64,000 bases of DNA. Source: Lachnospiraceae bacterium. Its GTDB lineage: Bacteria; Bacillota; Clostridia; Lachnospirales; Lachnospiraceae. Under the pieces are notes generated by a model. The model did not search any database. It was not told the DNA's origin and saw only the letters and a program-made list of their open reading frames with translations. Numbering within the stretch: position 1 is the first letter of the stretch; every line of letters starts with the position of its first letter. The stretch is from positions 35,925 through 99,924 of the forward strand of contig SVDY01000006.1 in the NCBI GenBank assembly GCA_015057665.1. Reading direction: 5' to 3'. The translations under genes and the position numbers were made by a program. Shown piece after piece: positions 59,595-64,000 of this stretch.

Positions 59595-60038
59595 TTAGCA
59601 GCCTGTTTTATGATTTTCTTCCCAAATTTCAATGCTTCTTTTTACCAAGTCAATGAGTCTTGTGTGCTGATCTGTCAGATAAAGATATCCAAGAAGCGCT
59701 TCCATGCCTGTTGCCATCTTATATTCTTTTACAGATGCATTTTTGGCTGTTGTGGCAGGTTTGGAATTTCTTCCCCTTTTATAGATATTCTGTTCCTCTT
59801 CTGAAAGCTCCGGTTCCAGGCCTGTGATCATCTCTGCCTGGGCATGGGCATTCACCAGACTGCTTACCTTTTTGTGGTATTTCTGTACCGCCATATTTCC
59901 TTTTGAAACGATCATATGACGAATCAGCATATCAAACACACAGTCTCCTATATAGGCAAGAGCCAGCGGGGAATACGTGCGGATATCCACATCCCCAATC
60001 CCCAGCTGTTCTTTCATATACTTTATGCTCTGCTCCAT
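59595..60038 (-). CDS. mrnC: Mini-ribonuclease 3
   Basis: 147 aa; LAYIGDCVFD RNase III-like motif; overlaps the cysS end as in Bacillus. Confidence 0.85.
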   Translation of the reverse strand: MEQSIKYMKEQLGIGDVDIRTYSPLALAYIGDCVFDMLIRHMIVSKGNMAVQKYHKKVSSLVNAHAQAEMITGLEPELSEEEQNIYKRGRNSKPATTAKNASVKEYKMATGMEALLGYLYLTDQHTRLIDLVKRSIEIWEENHKTGC

Positions 60039-61414
60039 TTTACACCTTCTCTGGTATCTTTTAAAACGATTCCTTTTTCTAAAAGAAGGTCACGGATTTC
60101 ATCAGCACGGGCGAAGTTTTTCGCTTTTCTTGCTGCCTGGCGTTCTTCGATTAACGCTTCAATATCAGAATCTAAGATTTCTTCTTCTTTTTCTGTGATA
60201 ATACCAAGTACTTCACATAATTCTTCGATTGTAGCAAGAAGTTTGGCTGCATATGCTTTGGAACCGTCTTTTACTGTTGTGTTGGCAAGTTTTACGATCT
60301 CAAAGATGGCTGCGATTGCATCTGCAGTATTTAAGTCGTCGTCCATAGCAGCTTCGTATTTTTCTACTAATCCGGAAAGTGCTGCAATGTTTGCTTCGTC
60401 AGCTGCCACTGCTTCTTCTGTAAGGCCAGGCATAACTGTCTTAATATTATCAACAGCTGTTAAAATACGCTCTAAACCTGCTTTTGCCGCTTCCACTAAT
60501 GTGTCACTGAAGTTTAATGGACTTCTGTAGTGTGCACTTAACATGAAGAAACGAATAATCTGTAATGGGTATTTTTCACTGATTTCTCTTACAGTGAAGA
60601 AGTTGCCTGCAGATTTGGACATTTTCTTGTTGTCAATATTTAAGAATGCGTTATGCATCCAGTAATTTGCAAATGTAACGCCGTTGCAGCATTCGCTCTG
60701 TGCGATTTCATTTTCATGATGAGGGAATACTAAGTCTTCACCGCCGGCATGAATATCGATGGTTGCACCAACGTATTTTTTGGACATTACAGAACATTCA
60801 ATGTGCCAGCCCGGTCTTCCGTCACCCCATGGAGAGGTCCAGAAAGGTTCTCCTTCTTTTTTTGGTTTCCAGAGAACGAAATCCATGGCGTCATCTTTTT
60901 CATCACTTACAGCGATACGGATACCTGCTGTCAGATCATCAAGATTCTTCTTGGAAAGCTTACCGTAACCATCACATTCTCTTGTTCTGAAATATACGGT
61001 GCCGTTCTTTTCGTAAGCGTAGCCTTTTTCAATGAGAGTCTCAATCATCTCAATCATGCCGTCGATTTCTTCTGTTGCCTTTGGATGATGTGTGGCAGGT
61101 TTTACGTTCATGCCTTCCATGTCTTTTTTACATTCTGCGATGAAACGTTCGGAGACTTCATGGGCAGGAACGCCTTCCTCAATGGATTTTTTGATGATCT
61201 TATCATCTACGTCTGTAAAGTTGGAAACGTAATTTACTTCCATTCCTTTATATTCAAAATATCTTCTTAATGTATCGAATACGATCATTGGACGTGCGTT
61301 GCCGATATGGATAAAGTTATATACTGTAGGGCCGCACACATAAATGCCTACTTTACCAGGGGTAATAGGCACGAATTCTTCTTTCTTTTTTGTAAGAGTA
61401 TTATAAATCTTCAT
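60023..61414 (-). CDS. cysS: cysteine--tRNA ligase
   Basis: MKIYNTLT... with HIGN and KMSKS motifs; AGGAGG SD upstream of this Met. Confidence 0.95.
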   Translation of the reverse strand: MKIYNTLTKKKEEFVPITPGKVGIYVCGPTVYNFIHIGNARPMIVFDTLRRYFEYKGMEVNYVSNFTDVDDKIIKKSIEEGVPAHEVSERFIAECKKDMEGMNVKPATHHPKATEEIDGMIEMIETLIEKGYAYEKNGTVYFRTRECDGYGKLSKKNLDDLTAGIRIAVSDEKDDAMDFVLWKPKKEGEPFWTSPWGDGRPGWHIECSVMSKKYVGATIDIHAGGEDLVFPHHENEIAQSECCNGVTFANYWMHNAFLNIDNKKMSKSAGNFFTVREISEKYPLQIIRFFMLSAHYRSPLNFSDTLVEAAKAGLERILTAVDNIKTVMPGLTEEAVAADEANIAALSGLVEKYEAAMDDDLNTADAIAAIFEIVKLANTTVKDGSKAYAAKLLATIEELCEVLGIITEKEEEILDSDIEALIEERQAARKAKNFARADEIRDLLLEKGIVLKDTREGVKWSRA

Positions 61415-61461
61415 GTGATTCCTCCTGTCCGGATATACAGACAAACTGTATGTCCAAAGTA

Positions 61462-61800
61462 TTACTCCTCTGTGGATTCTTCTGCGGCTTCCTCTTCATC
61501 TTCTTCGGAAGCAAAAATTTCTTCTACTGCTTCTTCATAGGACTCTTCTTCCATGGCTGCAACTTCTTCTTCACTTAAAATCTTCACATCGCCGTTGTAG
61601 ATTTCTTCTACAGCTTTGGACAATGGTTTCTGAATGCTTGTATATTCTTCATTTTTTTCAGCCTCAATAAGCTGTCTTGCTCTTTTGGCTGCAGCGATTA
61701 CGATAGAATAACGGCTGTTAACAACAGGTTCATTGCCCTGTTCTACTTCTTCGTTTACCTTTTCCATAATTTCTGTATAAGATGGGTGTAACATGTTCAT
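61462..61800 (-). CDS. rpoZ: DNA-directed RNA polymerase subunit omega (with acidic C-terminal extension)
   Basis: NSRYSIVIAAAKRARQL core motif; Glu-rich tail. Confidence 0.85.
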   Translation of the reverse strand: MNMLHPSYTEIMEKVNEEVEQGNEPVVNSRYSIVIAAAKRARQLIEAEKNEEYTSIQKPLSKAVEEIYNGDVKILSEEEVAAMEEESYEEAVEEIFASEEDEEEAAEESTEE

Positions 61801-61898
61801 GTTCTCCTTTCTGATTTTCCTGTTAAATGTTATTTATCCTCTGATTCTGATTTGAATTTCCACATGAAATTTCGAAATAAAGCTTCGAAATGAAACTT

Positions 61899-62522
61899 CT
61901 ATAATTCAATCAGTTCTTTCTGAATAGCATCAATCTCTTCATTCCATAAAGTACGTACCAGCTTGTTTGCTGTCACAATGTTGTGGATTTCTTCCACGCA
62001 CTGTTCTAACTGTCCGTCTCGGTTGATAACAAAATAATCATAATCCTTGATAGAACTTGCTTCCTCTGCGGCACGTTTCATACGCTGTTCAATTACCTCT
62101 GCTGTCTCTGTTCCTCTTCCTGTAAGGCGGAGTTTTAATTCCTCTGCACTTGCCGCGGAAATGAAGATAAGAATCGCATTTGGATACTGAGCTTTGATCT
62201 GAAGGGCACCTTTTACCTCAATCTCTAGGATAACATTATTGCCTTCTGCCAACTGCTCTTCCACAAAGGCTCTCGGTGTGCCATAGTAATTATTTACATA
62301 ACGGGCATGTTCAATCAATCCGTTCTCTGCAATCAGACTTTCAAATTCTTCCACAGTCTTGAAGAAATATTCACGGCCGTTTTCTTCGCCGGTTCTTGGC
62401 TGTCTTGTTGTTGCGGAGATAGAAAGTTTGTAGCCCGGTTTCTTAATCAGTTCTTTGACTGCTGTTCCCTTTCCCACACCGGAGAAACCGGAAACAACAA
62501 TTAACATTCCCTGTTTTTTCAT
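61899..62522 (-). CDS. gmk: guanylate kinase
   Basis: 207 aa; GFSGVGKGT P-loop, TTR.PR.GE motif. Confidence 0.95.
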   Translation of the reverse strand: MKKQGMLIVVSGFSGVGKGTAVKELIKKPGYKLSISATTRQPRTGEENGREYFFKTVEEFESLIAENGLIEHARYVNNYYGTPRAFVEEQLAEGNNVILEIEVKGALQIKAQYPNAILIFISAASAEELKLRLTGRGTETAEVIEQRMKRAAEEASSIKDYDYFVINRDGQLEQCVEEIHNIVTANKLVRTLWNEEIDAIQKELIEL

Positions 62523-62553
62523 CCTCTTCCTCTTTTCTATTTAACTTCAGTCT

Positions 62554-63432
62554 TTATTCAATGTTCTGAATCTGTTCTCTCACTCGTTCAATCTCAGTCT
62601 TTAAGTCGATGGCAACATTGGAGATTTCAAGGTCGTTGGCTTTAGAAAGGATTGTATTTGCCTCTCTGTTCATCTCCTGGGCAATGAAGTCTAACTTTCT
62701 TCCGATGCTTCCGCCTTCTTCTAAAGTCTGTTTTGTATGTTCAATGTGGCTTCTAAGACGTACGGTCTCTTCGTCCACACAGATTTTATCTGCATAAATC
62801 GTTACTTCTGTTGCGATACGGCTCTCGTCGATGGTTGCATTTTCCAAAAGTTCATGCACCTTATCATTTAATTTCTGACGGTAATCCGCAACCATATCCG
62901 GATAACGTGCTTCCACCTTCGCAACCATCTCTACCATATGGTCAAGCTTGGAAATGAGATCTGATTTTAAGCTTTCTCCTTCCTGGGTTCTGGTCTCTAC
63001 GAACTTCTCGCATGCTTCCTGAATTGCCTGTTCTAAGAACTTCCACAGTTCTTTTTCATCCATGGCCTGTTCTTCTAATGTAAACACTTCCGGATAACGG
63101 GAAAGTCCTGCTGCACTGAGACCTTTTTCAAGGCCGAATGTCTCGCTCATGGACATGATATGTTTGAAATATTCAGCAGCGATTTCTTCGTTATAGCGTA
63201 CACAAACATTATTCTCTGTGTAATCTTCGTAAGTAATAAACACATCAATCTTACCTCGGCTGATGTATTTCTTCATCTCATTACGGATGGAAGCTTCAAA
63301 AAATCCCAGCTTTTTCGGCATGCGGATATTGATATCACAGTATCTGTGATTCACGGCTTTCATCTCTACGATAATCTTTCTCTCTTCGGTTGCAATCTCA
63401 CTGCGTCCGAATCCTGTCATACTCTTTATCAC
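62554..63432 (-). CDS. yicC: YicC family stress-induced protein
   Basis: (V/M)IKSMTGFG canonical YicC start at a GTG with a GAAGAGG SD 8 nt upstream; the ORF track extends to an ATG at 63453 with no SD. Confidence 0.85.
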   Translation of the reverse strand: MIKSMTGFGRSEIATEERKIIVEMKAVNHRYCDINIRMPKKLGFFEASIRNEMKKYISRGKIDVFITYEDYTENNVCVRYNEEIAAEYFKHIMSMSETFGLEKGLSAAGLSRYPEVFTLEEQAMDEKELWKFLEQAIQEACEKFVETRTQEGESLKSDLISKLDHMVEMVAKVEARYPDMVADYRQKLNDKVHELLENATIDESRIATEVTIYADKICVDEETVRLRSHIEHTKQTLEEGGSIGRKLDFIAQEMNREANTILSKANDLEISNVAIDLKTEIERVREQIQNIE

Positions 63433-63667
63433 AACGTGTACCTCTTCATACATGAATTTAAGTAATCATTTCATTCCCATTTTTTTGTCCCCCTTGGGAG
63501 ACTTAGGGCTGGTCATTCCCCATCTGATATAGACAGTTGCCCCAGTCTATATCTTATTAATTATAGTAGATTCTGTTTTTTCAGTCAATCTTTTTATTCC
63601 TGTCTATCCTTCCGGTTTTTCTTCCTGCGTCACTGTTCGCTTTTCTGATTTAAGGCTTTCCTGCCCC

Positions 63668-64000
63668 TTATTCTGTCCTTCCTCTGCGCTCACACAAATC
63701 TCTGTTCAGCGGTTCCAGATAGTGAACCGGTACCGGACCATTCTCCGGAAGTGCGTATGCCGGATTCAATTCAGAAAATTTAAAATGTTTGATGCCTCCC
63801 TCTTCCATCCGTTTCCAGAACTTCTTAAGTTCCCGGAAACGAAGATAATACATCACATCTCTTCCCGTATAATGAATCAGCAAAAAGGCAACACCTGCCT
63901 GCTTTTCAAATTTATCCATGAACTCTACCTGATGTGGATGGACATTTGCAAGAGGAAAGTTATCTGTGGCACATTCCTTTGCATCAAAACAGACCGGAAT
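63668..64000 (-). CDS. recU: Holliday junction resolvase RecU (C-terminal part; 5' end beyond the window)
   Basis: The open frame continues to the window edge (..FDAKECATDNFPLANVHPHQVEFMDKF..GVAFLLIHY..); RecU-like motifs. Confidence 0.8.
   Translation of the reverse strand: MPVCFDAKECATDNFPLANVHPHQVEFMDKFEKQAGVAFLLIHYTGRDVMYYLRFRELKKFWKRMEEGGIKHFKFSELNPAYALPENGPVPVHYLEPLNRDLCERRGRTE

Noticed and set aside
59916-61270. 204-aa and 173-aa plus-strand ORFs antisense to mrnC and cysS
   Set aside because: These are shadow ORFs opposite highly conserved genes. They are Ser/Phe/Ile-rich with no start context.

Overview
This is a 64-kb chromosomal window from a Firmicute. Gene content and order look like Clostridia, possibly Lachnospiraceae; the taxon is inference only. 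All product calls come from motif and family recognition by eye, with no searches or folding runs, and coordinates of small elements were counted by hand.

Most of the window is conserved housekeeping, largely on the minus strand:
- recU, yicC, gmk, rpoZ, cysS, mrnC, rlmB, sigH, tRNA-Thr
- dapAB, nadE, addBA, hslO, metH, ilvNC
- ylxM, ffh, rpsP, KH protein, rimM, trmD, rplS
- lepB, rbgA, lepB, rnhB, yraN, pgeF, DUF512, der, plsY
- ABC-F, rex, nnr, mazF, alr, yebC, rlmH, ZIP transporter

The non-ordinary parts are:
1. Positions 1-5.3 kb form an AT-rich accessory segment. It holds a mobile-element fragment (SprT-like protease, small ORFs, a small serine recombinase), an orphan radical-SAM enzyme with a cysteine-less SPASM-like tail, a promoter-to-terminator non-coding unit of about 190 nt, and a candidate type I toxin/antisense-RNA pair.
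2. An 833-nt non-coding, repeat-dense insertion splits the normally tight trmD-rplS junction. It contains a 24-bp perfect inverted repeat around a 119-bp core inside a 256-bp imperfect palindrome, a nested long hairpin, and 11-nt direct repeats that could mark insertion boundaries.
3. A translationally coupled pair of degenerate, truncated GatA-like and GatB-like proteins has no gatC.
4. A GNAT plus leaderless trypsin-like protease two-gene insert lies between yebC and alr.
5. A MazF toxin has no adjacent antitoxin.

No rRNA, CRISPR array or intact IS element was seen.
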